From Bacteroidales bacterium (GTDB taxonomy: Bacteria; Bacteroidota; Bacteroidia; Bacteroidales; JAAYJT01): a DNA stretch of 64,000 nt. The position numbers were made by a program, and so were the translations under genes. Position 1 is the stretch's first letter; each line of letters opens with the position of its first letter. Positions 1 through 9,800 of this stretch are shown here, piece by piece. The notes under the pieces were generated by a model. The model did not search any database. It was not told where the DNA came from and worked only from the letters and a program-made list of their open reading frames with translations. The DNA lies in assembly GCA_049654165.1 (NCBI GenBank), contig JBASHR010000091.1, positions 9,524-73,523 on the forward strand, written 5' to 3'.

Positions 1-58
1 GAGCAGCATGTACTGAAATTATCGGTGATTATCTGATTTTAATTTGGTTTGGTTTCAA

Positions 59-1051
59 TCACGGAACTTCAACTGTATTCAATATATCATTAATGATCTC
101 AACAGTTGTAATGTTTTCAGCTTCGGCTTCATACGAAAGCCCGATACGATGCCTTAAAACATCATGAGCAACGGCTCTTACATCCTCAGGTATCACATAA
201 CCGCGCCTTTTGATGAAAGCATAGGCTTTTGCTGTCAAAGCCATATAGATACTGGCTCTGGGCGAAGCACCGTAGCTGATCATATCCTTATACTTATTGA
301 GTTTGAAATCAGTTGGAAAACGGGTTGCAAAAACAATATCGGTTATGTAGTTTTCAATTTTTTCATCCAGATAGACTTCCCTCACTATTGACCTTGCCTT
401 CAATATGTCCTGAGGTTTGATAATAGCCTGATTTGTGGGTATTTCATTCGTGATCCTCTGACGAAGGATGACTTTTTCTTCCTCTTTCGTGGGATAGGTA
501 ATTACCACTTTCAGCATAAAACGGTCAACCTGGGCTTCGGGCAGGGGATAGGTTCCTTCCTGTTCAATGGGGTTTTGGGTTGCAAGTACCAGGAAAGGTT
601 CTTCAATTTTAAATGTGTTATCGCCAATGGTTACCTGCCGCTCCTGCATAGCTTCGAGTAATGCGCTTTGCACTTTTGCCGGCGCACGGTTTATTTCGTC
701 TGCAAGGATGAAATTAGCAAAAACAGGTCCTTTACGAACCTGAAATTCTTCTTTTTTCTGACTATAGATCATGGTTCCAATAAGGTCGGCAGGCAAGAGA
801 TCGGGAGTAAACTGAATACGACTGAATTTAGCCTGAATTGTATTGGCAAGTGAAGTGATTGCCAGTGTTTTAGCCAGCCCTGGCACTCCTTCAAGCAGGA
901 TATGGCCATCGGCAAGCAATGCAATAAGCAGGCGTTCAATCATATGTTTCTGACCAACTATAACTTTTTGCATTTCAATGTTGATAAGATCAACAAATGA
1001 ACTTTCCTGTCTGATTTTTTCGTTCAGCTCACTGATATTTATACTTGTCAT
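59..1051 (-). CDS. MoxR-family AAA+ ATPase
   Basis: 330 aa ORF with ATG at 1051. Walker A 'EGVPGLAKT', Walker B 'ILADEINRA', and a MoxR-like N-terminus 'VGQKHMIERLLIALL'. Confidence 0.9.
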   Translation of the reverse strand: MTSINISELNEKIRQESSFVDLINIEMQKVIVGQKHMIERLLIALLADGHILLEGVPGLAKTLAITSLANTIQAKFSRIQFTPDLLPADLIGTMIYSQKKEEFQVRKGPVFANFILADEINRAPAKVQSALLEAMQERQVTIGDNTFKIEEPFLVLATQNPIEQEGTYPLPEAQVDRFMLKVVITYPTKEEEKVILRQRITNEIPTNQAIIKPQDILKARSIVREVYLDEKIENYITDIVFATRFPTDFKLNKYKDMISYGASPRASIYMALTAKAYAFIKRRGYVIPEDVRAVAHDVLRHRIGLSYEAEAENITTVEIINDILNTVEVP

Positions 1052-1395
1052 AAAAATGAATTTTTAGGAGGGCAAAATTAGCCAATTGGCTGTAACTACC
1101 ACAATATTAAACTGTTAAAAAATGTTAAACAAAGTTACGCAACTAAATAGCCTGTAGGTTTTGTATTTTAACCCTTAACTGACCGGCTCATCTTCAGGTG
1201 TTTTAATATCTTTGTAAATGCAAAAGTTATGAGGAAATACGAATTCAATACTTTGTAGTTAAGAGTTTTGTATGTTTTAGAATGAAAAAACTAGGTGCTC
1301 TTCAAGAGTAACTATTAAAATTAGGAATTTAAGCTTAACCTATACTTATTCAGGATTTTAGCTGGAGTATATATTGTAAGAAAGAAATTATATAA

Positions 1396-2622
1396 ATGAA
1401 TTTTAAAATGGCAGAAAACAAAATAGCGAAACCGTTTTTGAAATGGGCTGGTGGAAAAACTCAGCTCATCCCAGAAATAGAAAAGGCTTTGCCTATAAAT
1501 ATTTTAAAAGCTGAATTTACATACATTGAACCTTTTATTGGGAGTGGCGCCGTACTTTTTTGGATGTTAAATAAGTTTCCAAATATAAAGAAAGCCATCA
1601 TTAATGATATTAATGAAGATTTAATATACACTTACAAAACTATTGCTTCACGACCCCAAGAATTAATTTCATTTCTAGAAATTTTTCAAAATGAGTTTCA
1701 TGCTCTGGATAGCAATAACGAGGTTAAGAAATTATATTACTACCAAAAAAGAGATTTATATAATTCAAGAGAATGCCCGCAAAGCGAACAAGCTGCTTTG
1801 TTTATTTTCCTCAATCGAACTTGCTTTAATGGTTTATATAGAGTTAACAGAAAGAATGAATATAACGTTCCAATGGGCAGTTATATTAAACCAACTATTA
1901 GCGACAAAGAAAATATTTTAGCTGTTAGTGAAGCCTTGCAAAAAGTTGAGATTCTGAGTGGTGATTTTGAACAAACATTGGATTATGCAGACAATAATTC
2001 TCTATTTTATTTTGACCCGCCCTATAAACCGTTAAGTGAAACATCAAGTTTTAATTCATATGCAAAATACGAGTTTAATGATAATGAGCAAATTAGGCTA
2101 CGGGACTTCTGTAAGAAACTTGATGATTTGGACCACAATTGGATTTTAAGTAATTCAGATGTACGAGGCAAAGATAAAAATGATAATTTTTTTGATGATT
2201 TATATTCTGATTTTAAAATTAAGAGAATTGAAGCAAAAAGAAATATCAATGCAAATCCTGACAAAAGAGGGAAACTAACCGAATTGTTGATTGTAAATAA
2301 AAAGAAGTATTTAAAAGCATTAGACTTCAATAAATATGATTTGTTTGTTAAAAATTATGATAAGCCTTATTGGACACTAATAGAAAAAGTTCCTATTAAT
2401 AATATAAAAATAGATAAAAGATTATTAAGCTATGCAAATGAGCTTAGTACAAACAAAGTGGATGAGATTATAAAAAACTTTGATTTACTATATTGGATTC
2501 CAATTACTGTAAATAAAGATTTTTATCTTTTAGATGGGCAACATAGATTGTCTGCCGCCCGCAGAATGGATTTGAAGTTTATTGATGTTATTGTTCAAGA
2601 TACAGAGCTATTACAAAAGTGA
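1396..2622 (+). CDS. Dam-family (alpha-class) N6-adenine DNA methyltransferase (DpnM/M.MboIA-like, GATC) with a C-terminal DGQHR/ParB-like domain
   Basis: N-terminus 'KPFLKWAGGKTQL', motif I 'EPFIGSGAV' and motif IV 'DPPY' are typical of Dam. About 110 extra C-terminal residues contain 'LLDGQHRLSAARRM'. Confidence 0.85.
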   Translation: MNFKMAENKIAKPFLKWAGGKTQLIPEIEKALPINILKAEFTYIEPFIGSGAVLFWMLNKFPNIKKAIINDINEDLIYTYKTIASRPQELISFLEIFQNEFHALDSNNEVKKLYYYQKRDLYNSRECPQSEQAALFIFLNRTCFNGLYRVNRKNEYNVPMGSYIKPTISDKENILAVSEALQKVEILSGDFEQTLDYADNNSLFYFDPPYKPLSETSSFNSYAKYEFNDNEQIRLRDFCKKLDDLDHNWILSNSDVRGKDKNDNFFDDLYSDFKIKRIEAKRNINANPDKRGKLTELLIVNKKKYLKALDFNKYDLFVKNYDKPYWTLIEKVPINNIKIDKRLLSYANELSTNKVDEIIKNFDLLYWIPITVNKDFYLLDGQHRLSAARRMDLKFIDVIVQDTELLQK

Positions 2623-2691
2623 ACCAATAAAACAGAAGTGAAATTATCTAATTATAGAAAACAAAATGGAATTCAGATTTAAAATATTAAC

Positions 2692-3531
2692 ATGACAGAA
2701 AAATTTAAAAATTTCTTATCACAACTCTCTGTAACAAATGCTACTTTGGGCAGTTTTACTGATTTTGTAAAAGTCAAAAGGAATGTAAATAAAATTGAAA
2801 TTAAATTAAACCAATTAAATTATTTGATTGGTAAAGAAAATTTAAAGAAAGCCATAAATGAACTTTACGAAGAAAATCCCAAGGTTTTTGACGTCTTAGA
2901 TATTTTAATTGCAGTTCGTAAAAGCAATAAAGTAAAAATATCGAATCATTACGGTAGAGTTGCTTTATTAGAATCTTATTTTACTTCTCCTGCACTGATT
3001 TATGAATATTTCCAAGAAACAGGATTGGCTGAAATATTTAAAAAAAAGGATGTTACAAATCTGGTAGATTATGTTTTTGGAGTTGAAGTTGGATTAGATA
3101 CTAACGCAAGAAAAAACAGAGGTGGTAAAAATATGGTAAAAGCAGTTTCTATATTCTTTGATAATGCAGGGATTATTTATAAAAAAGAAGTAAGTAGTAC
3201 TGAATTTACTGAAATAAGTAGTTTGGGAGCAGATGTAAAGCGTTTTGATTTTGTTATTCAAACACAAAAGAAGACCTATTTAATAGAAACAAATTATTAC
3301 AATGGTGGTGGTTCGAAATTAAATGAAACTGCAAGAGCTTATTCTGATGTTGCGCCCAAGATAAATCAATATGCAAATTATGAATTTGTTTGGATAACAG
3401 ATGGGCAAGGCTGGTTATCAGCGAAAAACAAATTAGAAGAAGCTTTTAATATTATTCCTAGTTTATATAATCTTGCAACACTTAAAGAATTTATCCAAAG
3501 AATCCAGACAGAAAATATAGAAAAAGAATGA
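2692..3531 (+). CDS. DpnII/MboI-family type II restriction endonuclease (GATC)
   Basis: 279 aa. Blocks 'NLVDYVFGVEVGLDTNARKNRGG', 'KRFDFVI', 'GGGSKLNETARAY' and 'FVWITDGQGW' match my memory of R.DpnII. The gene sits between two GATC-type methylase genes. Confidence 0.8.
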   Translation: MTEKFKNFLSQLSVTNATLGSFTDFVKVKRNVNKIEIKLNQLNYLIGKENLKKAINELYEENPKVFDVLDILIAVRKSNKVKISNHYGRVALLESYFTSPALIYEYFQETGLAEIFKKKDVTNLVDYVFGVEVGLDTNARKNRGGKNMVKAVSIFFDNAGIIYKKEVSSTEFTEISSLGADVKRFDFVIQTQKKTYLIETNYYNGGGSKLNETARAYSDVAPKINQYANYEFVWITDGQGWLSAKNKLEEAFNIIPSLYNLATLKEFIQRIQTENIEKE

Positions 3532-3699
3532 TAAGAAATATAGAACATAATTTACCTTCTATGAGAAATAGGGGTGTTGACCCAATGCTAATTATTGAAA
3601 TTAATGACATATATGTTTTAGGCATTTATCAGGGTTCATTTTCAAATAAGGATATTTATAAAATAGTCTCAATAGCAACACATAAAAGAAGATAAACAC

Positions 3700-4581
3700 A
3701 TGATGGAACCTTATTTCGAGTCCGAAGATAAAAATTTCTACCTCTTACATGGAGATACAATGGAACTTTTGCCCCGGTTTGAGCATAAGTTTGATATGGT
3801 TTTTGCTGATCCACCTTATTTTTTATCTAATGATGGCCTTTCAATACAAAGCGGGCAGATTGTAAGCGTAAACAAAGGGAAATGGGATAAGTCAGAAGGA
3901 TTTGCATTTATTAATAATTTTAATCGACAGTGGCTTACATTGGTTCGCGATAAGATGAAAGAGAATGCTACAATATGGATAAGTGGCACTATGCACAATA
4001 TTTTTTCAGTAGGACAAATTTTAACAGAATTAGACTTTAAAATCCTCAATATCATTACCTGGGAAAAAACTAATCCTCCTCCAAATTTTTCATGCCGTTA
4101 TTTTACTTATTCAACCGAACAAATTATTTGGGCTAGAAAAAGTGAAAAAGTTCCTCATTATTTCAACTATGAGTTAATGAAACAACTAAACGGAAATAAA
4201 CAGATGAAAGATGTTTGGAGGCTGCCGGCAATTGCTCCCTGGGAAAAATCATGCGGAAAACACCCTACACAAAAACCATTATCGCTTTTAACTCGTTTAA
4301 TATTAGCTTCAACTAAGTCCAATGCCTGGATTTTGGACCCATTTACAGGTAGTTCAACAACTGGAATTGCTGCTAATTTAGCAAATAGACGGTTTTTGGG
4401 AATTGATAAAGAAGAGGAGTATTTGAATATAAGCAGAAATAGAAAGATGGAAATAGAAAGTCGAAAAGTAGCCGCTACATATAAACAAAAAATAAGTGGT
4501 TTTAACCATAAAAAGGAACTTGAACTTTTTTTATTTGAGGAGCGAGAAGTTGAATATGGAACAGAGCTGACCTTAAAATAA
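3700..4581 (+). CDS. Beta-class N6-adenine DNA methyltransferase (DpnA/M.MboIC-like second methylase)
   Basis: Motif IV 'FADPPYFLSNDG' lies near the N-terminus and motif I 'DPFTGSSTTG' near the C-terminus. 'NFSCRYFTYSTEQIIWARK' and 'GKHPTQKP' are as in DpnA. Confidence 0.85.
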   Translation: MMEPYFESEDKNFYLLHGDTMELLPRFEHKFDMVFADPPYFLSNDGLSIQSGQIVSVNKGKWDKSEGFAFINNFNRQWLTLVRDKMKENATIWISGTMHNIFSVGQILTELDFKILNIITWEKTNPPPNFSCRYFTYSTEQIIWARKSEKVPHYFNYELMKQLNGNKQMKDVWRLPAIAPWEKSCGKHPTQKPLSLLTRLILASTKSNAWILDPFTGSSTTGIAANLANRRFLGIDKEEEYLNISRNRKMEIESRKVAATYKQKISGFNHKKELELFLFEEREVEYGTELTLK

Positions 4582-4690
4582 AAATTATGATTTTAGTTAA
4601 GCGTATAAGCTGGCTTTCCTACCTGTATGCTTAATTTATAACATCACAACCCATTTTAACCATGTAGAGCAAATTTATCAATTCCTTAAT

Positions 4691-4722
4691 AACCCCGTAG
4701 GTTCGTAATAATCGGGCGTCTC
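4691..4722. repeat. Solo partial copy of the hairpin-repeat family seen at 22.4-24.7 kb
   Basis: 'aaccccgtaggttcgtaataatcgggcgtctc' aligns with the 'ctccgtagggatgcaataatctggcgcctc' segment of the repeat unit, with roughly three quarters of positions matching by eye. Confidence 0.45.
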
Positions 4723-4791
4723 AACAAATTCAGTCTCTGATTTTTTTAATAGGTTTAGCACTGGTGCTAATGATCCTGCGAAGATTGCAAT

Positions 4792-6381
4792 TTACATCAT
4801 CAAAGCCAGCAACTGGGAGAAGATTATCATCAGTACAAGCGCAATAGGATACACAGTAGCATAGCCTACCGAGGCAGCATCACTCTCTATTTTACTGTCA
4901 ATGGCAGCCAGCCCCGGCGTACTCGTCATTGCACCTGCAATAACTCCTAATAAAGTGATAAAGTTGAGCTTAAACACATACTGACCGATAAAAGCTCCCA
5001 CAAACATAGGCAACACAGTAATAACAATTCCAATAGCGATCAGTTGTAGTCCGTTGTCGCTCAGCACGCTGCCTAATTCGCTGCCTGCACTTGTGCCTAC
5101 GCTTGCCATGAATATGAGCAGTCCCAGCCGGCGTAAGAGCTGGTTAGCGCTACCAGTCATTGACCAAAGAATGGGACCTGTTTTACCTATATTGCTGAGT
5201 ACCAATGCTGCTGCAAGCACACCTCCGGTAAGCCCTAACCTGAAATCAAACAAACCGAAAACCGGAATGCTGATAGAGCCAAGTAATACGCCTATGACGA
5301 TACCAAGTGCTATTGGGAGGAAATTGGTTTCGGAAAGTTTCTTCTCATCATTACCAAGCAGTCGTCTCACTTCGGGCATTTCCTGATTAGAGCCGGAGAT
5401 CAGAAGCTTATCGCCAAAACGTAGTTTGCTATGCGGAAAGGGCTTCAGATCAATTCCACTTCGGCGTATACGTGTAATAGTGGCATTAAGGGCTGTGAGA
5501 TTAAGCTCATGAATGGTTTTATTAATGACCTTACTATTGGTTACAAGCAGCCAGTTTACTGTAAAGCGTTCATCAAAGGTCAGCTCTTCATCTGCCACTT
5601 CACCGATAAGCAACGCTGCTTTCTGTAATGCCTCCTCGTCTCCAACCACTTTCACAAAATCGTTAAGATGCAGGATGGTGTTAACTGTAGGAGAAAAAAT
5701 ATTCTCATTGCTTTTAACTCTGGAGATAACAGCTTGCGTCATTTTTCTAAGGTCCAGCTCACGGATAGTCTTTCCATGAACATTTGCATTGGTTACTTTC
5801 AGAACTACATTCTGTAATTTGGGATTTCCTTCCTGCATCTGCCTGATATATTCTCTTTCTTCCTTTTGTAAATCTTTTCGTGCCAGTTTTGGATAAAGCT
5901 GCACAAACAATATCACGCCAATAACGCCGGCAGGATAAGCAATACCATAGCCTACTGCTGTCAGGGGTGAGCCTGTTGCTTCAAAAGCTGCTGCCAGCCC
6001 TGGAGTACTTGTAAGAGCTCCGTTAAAAAGACCTACGCCTACTGGAACTGATATGTCGAATATAATGATTGCAAGATAGGTAATTCCGGCTGCTACTGCG
6101 ATAAGTATGGTCCCTATAACTGCTAACTGACGGCCATAGCGTAGCGCAGCATCAATAAAGCCGGGTCCGGCCTGAATGCCAATGGTGAAAATAAAGAGAA
6201 CGATACCCAGAGTCTGGAATTCCGAAGGGATAGAAAAACCAAGATGACCCATTAGCAGAGCGATAAAAATAACAGCGGACGAATCAAGTGAAAACCCTTT
6301 AATTCTGAGATTTCCCAATATCAGACCTAAACTGATAATGACAAAAAGTACAAAATATCCCTCGTGCAGTATGCTTTGCAT
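4792..6381 (-). CDS. AAE-family transporter (YidE/YbjL-like) with two central TrkA-C/RCK_C domains
   Basis: Two hydrophobic halves flank duplicated soluble domains ('VTNANVHGKTIRELDL' and 'VTNSKVINKTIHELNL'). I prefer the ATG at 6381 to the track's TTG at 6402, because a -7 box overlaps the TTG. Confidence 0.8.
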   Translation of the reverse strand: MQSILHEGYFVLFVIISLGLILGNLRIKGFSLDSSAVIFIALLMGHLGFSIPSEFQTLGIVLFIFTIGIQAGPGFIDAALRYGRQLAVIGTILIAVAAGITYLAIIIFDISVPVGVGLFNGALTSTPGLAAAFEATGSPLTAVGYGIAYPAGVIGVILFVQLYPKLARKDLQKEEREYIRQMQEGNPKLQNVVLKVTNANVHGKTIRELDLRKMTQAVISRVKSNENIFSPTVNTILHLNDFVKVVGDEEALQKAALLIGEVADEELTFDERFTVNWLLVTNSKVINKTIHELNLTALNATITRIRRSGIDLKPFPHSKLRFGDKLLISGSNQEMPEVRRLLGNDEKKLSETNFLPIALGIVIGVLLGSISIPVFGLFDFRLGLTGGVLAAALVLSNIGKTGPILWSMTGSANQLLRRLGLLIFMASVGTSAGSELGSVLSDNGLQLIAIGIVITVLPMFVGAFIGQYVFKLNFITLLGVIAGAMTSTPGLAAIDSKIESDAASVGYATVYPIALVLMIIFSQLLALMM

Positions 6382-6399
6382 ATTTATTGAAATGGTGCG

Positions 6400-6407
6400 C
6401 AAAAATA
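6400..6407 (-). promoter_or_regulatory. Candidate Bacteroidota -7 box (TATTTTTG) for the AAE transporter
   Basis: Plus strand 'caaaaata' is TAnnTTTG on the minus strand, 19 nt upstream of the ATG at 6381. Confidence 0.3.
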
Positions 6408-6450
6408 GAAAAACTATTATGATACTATCCGGGTCAGGATATCTTTGATA

Positions 6451-6506
6451 CGGATTGGAAAAATATAATAGACCAATTTCACCGGTTGGAAAAATGTAAT
6501 AGCCAT
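6451..6506. promoter_or_regulatory. Tandem direct repeat (2 x about 22 bp, 31 bp period) upstream of the AAE transporter promoter
   Basis: 'cggattggaaaaatataatagacc' (6451-) and 'ccggttggaaaaatgtaatagcc' (6482-). Confidence 0.3.
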
Positions 6507-6737
6507 ATTTATTATACTGATTATTAATGAGTTATGATTGATGTTCTATACGTATTAATGCACGGGAAGGATTTTGTGTTCTTAGGTTTATGAAACCAAC
6601 AACAAAAGCAGTAGTATCTGGAATCCAGTTTGTTAAGTGTTTGGGCATATGTTTAATACTAAAAAACCGGCAATTGTCTTTAGAGTTCCAACGGACAATT
6701 GGTGTTTGAATCAAGCCTTCAATACAAACCAAATCCC

Positions 6738-6745
6738 TATCTTTG
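6738..6745 (+). promoter_or_regulatory. Candidate -7 box (TATCTTTG) for the M28 peptidase gene
   Basis: Matches TAnnTTTG about 74 nt upstream of the ATG at 6819. Confidence 0.3.
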
Positions 6746-6818
6746 TACCCTGTAATCGTAAGGATTACATACTATTTTAAAGAATAAAATGTTATCGTAG
6801 GATCAAATCCAAATTAAA

Positions 6819-9800
6819 ATGAGAAAACTCACTTTGCTTTCACTGCTCGTATTAGCGTTGTCGTTTCGCCCTGAGGTTCAGGCACAGCAATCAAGAACCA
6901 TTGAAGAAGCCATAGCTTTTTATGTTGACAAGGTAAATGCCGACAGCATTCATAATCATATTCAGGCACTTCAGGATTTTGGAACCCGGTTTTGCCTTGC
7001 CGATAATCACAGGGATATTGCCGTATGGCTTAAAAATAAATTTATTTCCTATGGTTATTCCGATACCAAGCTCGATTCCTTTGCATTTAACTACAATTAT
7101 GGTTCAACTTATTATCAAACCTGGCAATATAATGTAATAGCCACTTACCCGGGATTTGTAAATCCTGATAAAGTGTACATTATGGGTGCTCATTACGATG
7201 CTATTGTTCCTAGTTCAAGTAATCCTTTTGTAATAGCTCCCGGTGCCGATGATAATGCAAGCGGAGTTGCAGCAGCCCTTGAAGTTGCGCGGATCATGAA
7301 AAAATATGGCTATGTTCCGGAATCAACTATTAAATTTATTGCATTTCCTGCCGAAGAATTTGGTTTGTACGGAAGCTGGGATTATGCCAACAAAGCCTAT
7401 AGCCAGGGTATGAACATAGAGTTCATGCTCAACAATGATATGATGAGTTATTGCACCCTGCCTCCTGAGCAGTGGAAAGTGGATATAATTAAGTACCCCA
7501 ACTCGCCCCAGGTAACCAATCTTGCCCGTTATATAGCTGAAAATTTCACTCCGCTAACTGTGGTTGAAACCACGCAATACATGCAGCAATCTGATAGCTG
7601 GCCCTTTTATTCAAAGGGATACAAAGCGGTTTTTCTGATGGAAGATCAGTTTACCCCATATTATCATACCGTTAACGATTTGCTCATTCATAGCAATATG
7701 GCTTATACTGCCGAAATGGTCAAGATTTCAATGGGTATGCTTGTTCATGAAAACGGAACCGGTATCATTGCCGGTGCTACATGCGGAGATCCGCTGGTTG
7801 TAGATCTCCCGTTGAACTATACCGGAAGCACCGAGTTGTATGGTAATCATTACCTTCCTAACTGGATAGTTACAAACCCCACGTATTTGTCAAATTATAT
7901 AGCCGGCAACGATCTCGTATTTAGTTTTACGCTGGAATCGAACAGCATATTATCCGGTAATATTTCATGTCCTGCCGGAAACAGAGCTGGGGTATTTATT
8001 TTAGATGAATGTCCTGATATTTTCAATCCTCCGACAGTCATCCAGTTTGCAGGTGGTAATTCAGGCGGCTCGTTCAGCCAGTTGTTATTGCCGGCAGGAG
8101 ATTATTATGCAATAGTTGCAAACTGGCCTCAGCCTATGCATACCAGTTTCACATTAAACCTCGATGCTGTTGAGGCTTCACAACAACCTGAACTTGTTGC
8201 AAACCCCGCTAATCTTAATTTCGGATCTGTAGTTATTGGTAATCAGTCGGCGGTTCGAACCGTAAAGATCAGAAATCACGGGTCTCAGCCACTGAATATT
8301 ACTTCATTGACGTTAACCGGCGAAGATCTTGATCAGTTTTCAATCAATAGTCAGCCTGCTCTTCCGCTAACTATTGAGTTTGGTGAAACTACTGATATAG
8401 GTGTGGTTTTCAACCCAATACAGCCGGGTTTGTATTCTGCATTTCTGACAATTTCAGGCAATATTCCTGATGTTGTAAATATCCCTCTTAACGGAAGCGG
8501 TATGGATAGTGTAATGATATATACTCCATTTGCTCAGGATTTTACATCAGTTGTTCCCGGACAGCTACCTGCCGGATGGTATGCAACTATGGCAAACTGG
8601 ACAGTTGTAAATTCAAATCATGCAGGAGGTGAGGCACCCGAACTTATGTTCTCAGGAACCTCTGGAGTTAATGGTTCGTACAGGCTTGTCATGAATCCGG
8701 TAAATGCTCAGTCGAATAATATACTCACGCTCAAATTCCGCTCAATGCTCAGTGATAATCCCGGAAATCAGAATCCCTTTTCATTGAAATTGCAGTCGTC
8801 CTTTAACGGAGGTATGAACTGGTCAGACCAATGGGTGCTGAACCCTTCCTCAAGTTTGCCTGCTCAGCAATACAGCGTTGATCTTGGTTCACTTGCCGGC
8901 GAAAAATTCCTGCTGGCATGGGTGTTTGAAGGAGAACCAAATAGCATAAATGCATGGTATATTGACAATATAATCCTGACCGGTGAAGAAAACCCAATTT
9001 TAGCAGGAGATTCCAATTGCGATGGTATTGTGAATGTGATAGATGTGATCACCACTATTAATTACGTACTTAATCTGAATCCTACACCTTTCTGTTTCGA
9101 AAATGCCGATGTAACGGGGGATAACATAATAAATATCCTTGATGTTATTGGTACTGTGAATATTATAATCGGGGGTGTGAAATCTGATATTGCCGGTATT
9201 GAATCAAATGAAGCCTATATAACCCTAAATTCAAATTCGATAGATATTGTAAGCGATGGCACTCTTGCAGGAATACAGTTTGAACTTATAGGCAAAAATC
9301 TTGAAAGCACTGATTTTTGGCTGGAGCTGAGCGATTATGAGTTTGCTTACAGAGTACATAAAAACAAACTTACAGGAATTATCTACAGTCTTGATAACCG
9401 CCCCTTGCCTTACGGAGAAGTGAGGCTTATCAGGTTTGGAGATCAACGGCATGATATAAAATGGGGACAAGTAATTGCAGGCAATGTGAAAGCCGAAGAA
9501 GTTGAAGTGGTGAAATCATCATTGAATAATTTATCTTTCACCAGCGATGATTATAAACTTATGGTATATCCCAATCCTGCTAAAAGTGATTTTATTATTG
9601 AGGTTGATTTGCCTGCCTTGTCTGAAACCCTTATACAAATATCTGATATGTATGGCCGCAATGTAATGGTTGTAAACGATGGCTATCTGAGCGAAGGAGT
9701 TCATAAATTCACAATAAGCGACAAGGATAAGCTGCGCCCGGGTTTTTATCTGCTTAATATTGAAGCCAGACCTTCAGGTATTGGTAATGTTATAACCAGG

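Noticed and set aside
1-58. Possible 5' end of a further minus-strand gene downstream of the MoxR gene (ATG at 9-7), for example a DUF58 partner
   Set aside because: Only three codons lie inside the window, so nothing can be supported.
1207-1214. TATCTTTG -7-like box upstream of the R-M cassette
   Set aside because: It lies ~180 nt from the first ATG in very AT-rich DNA where TAnnTTTG matches arise by chance. It is not specific enough to call.
3561-3695. 44-codon ORF (MRNRGVDPMLIIEINDIYVLG...) in the 168-bp spacer between the endonuclease and second methylase genes
   Set aside because: It is too short, it has no helix-turn-helix-like pattern expected of an R-M controller protein, and I see no homology. 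It may be a gene remnant or a chance ORF in AT-rich DNA.
4757-4772. Short hairpin tagcac/tg/gtgcta downstream of the AAE transporter gene as a terminator
   Set aside because: It has a 2-nt loop and no U-run on the strand that would need it. The plus strand has T's before the stem rather than after it.
6532-6732. 66-aa ORF in the 415-bp intergenic region before the M28 gene
   Set aside because: It has no recognisable motif and no convincing start or -7 box context, and it is short. It cannot be supported from the sequence alone.
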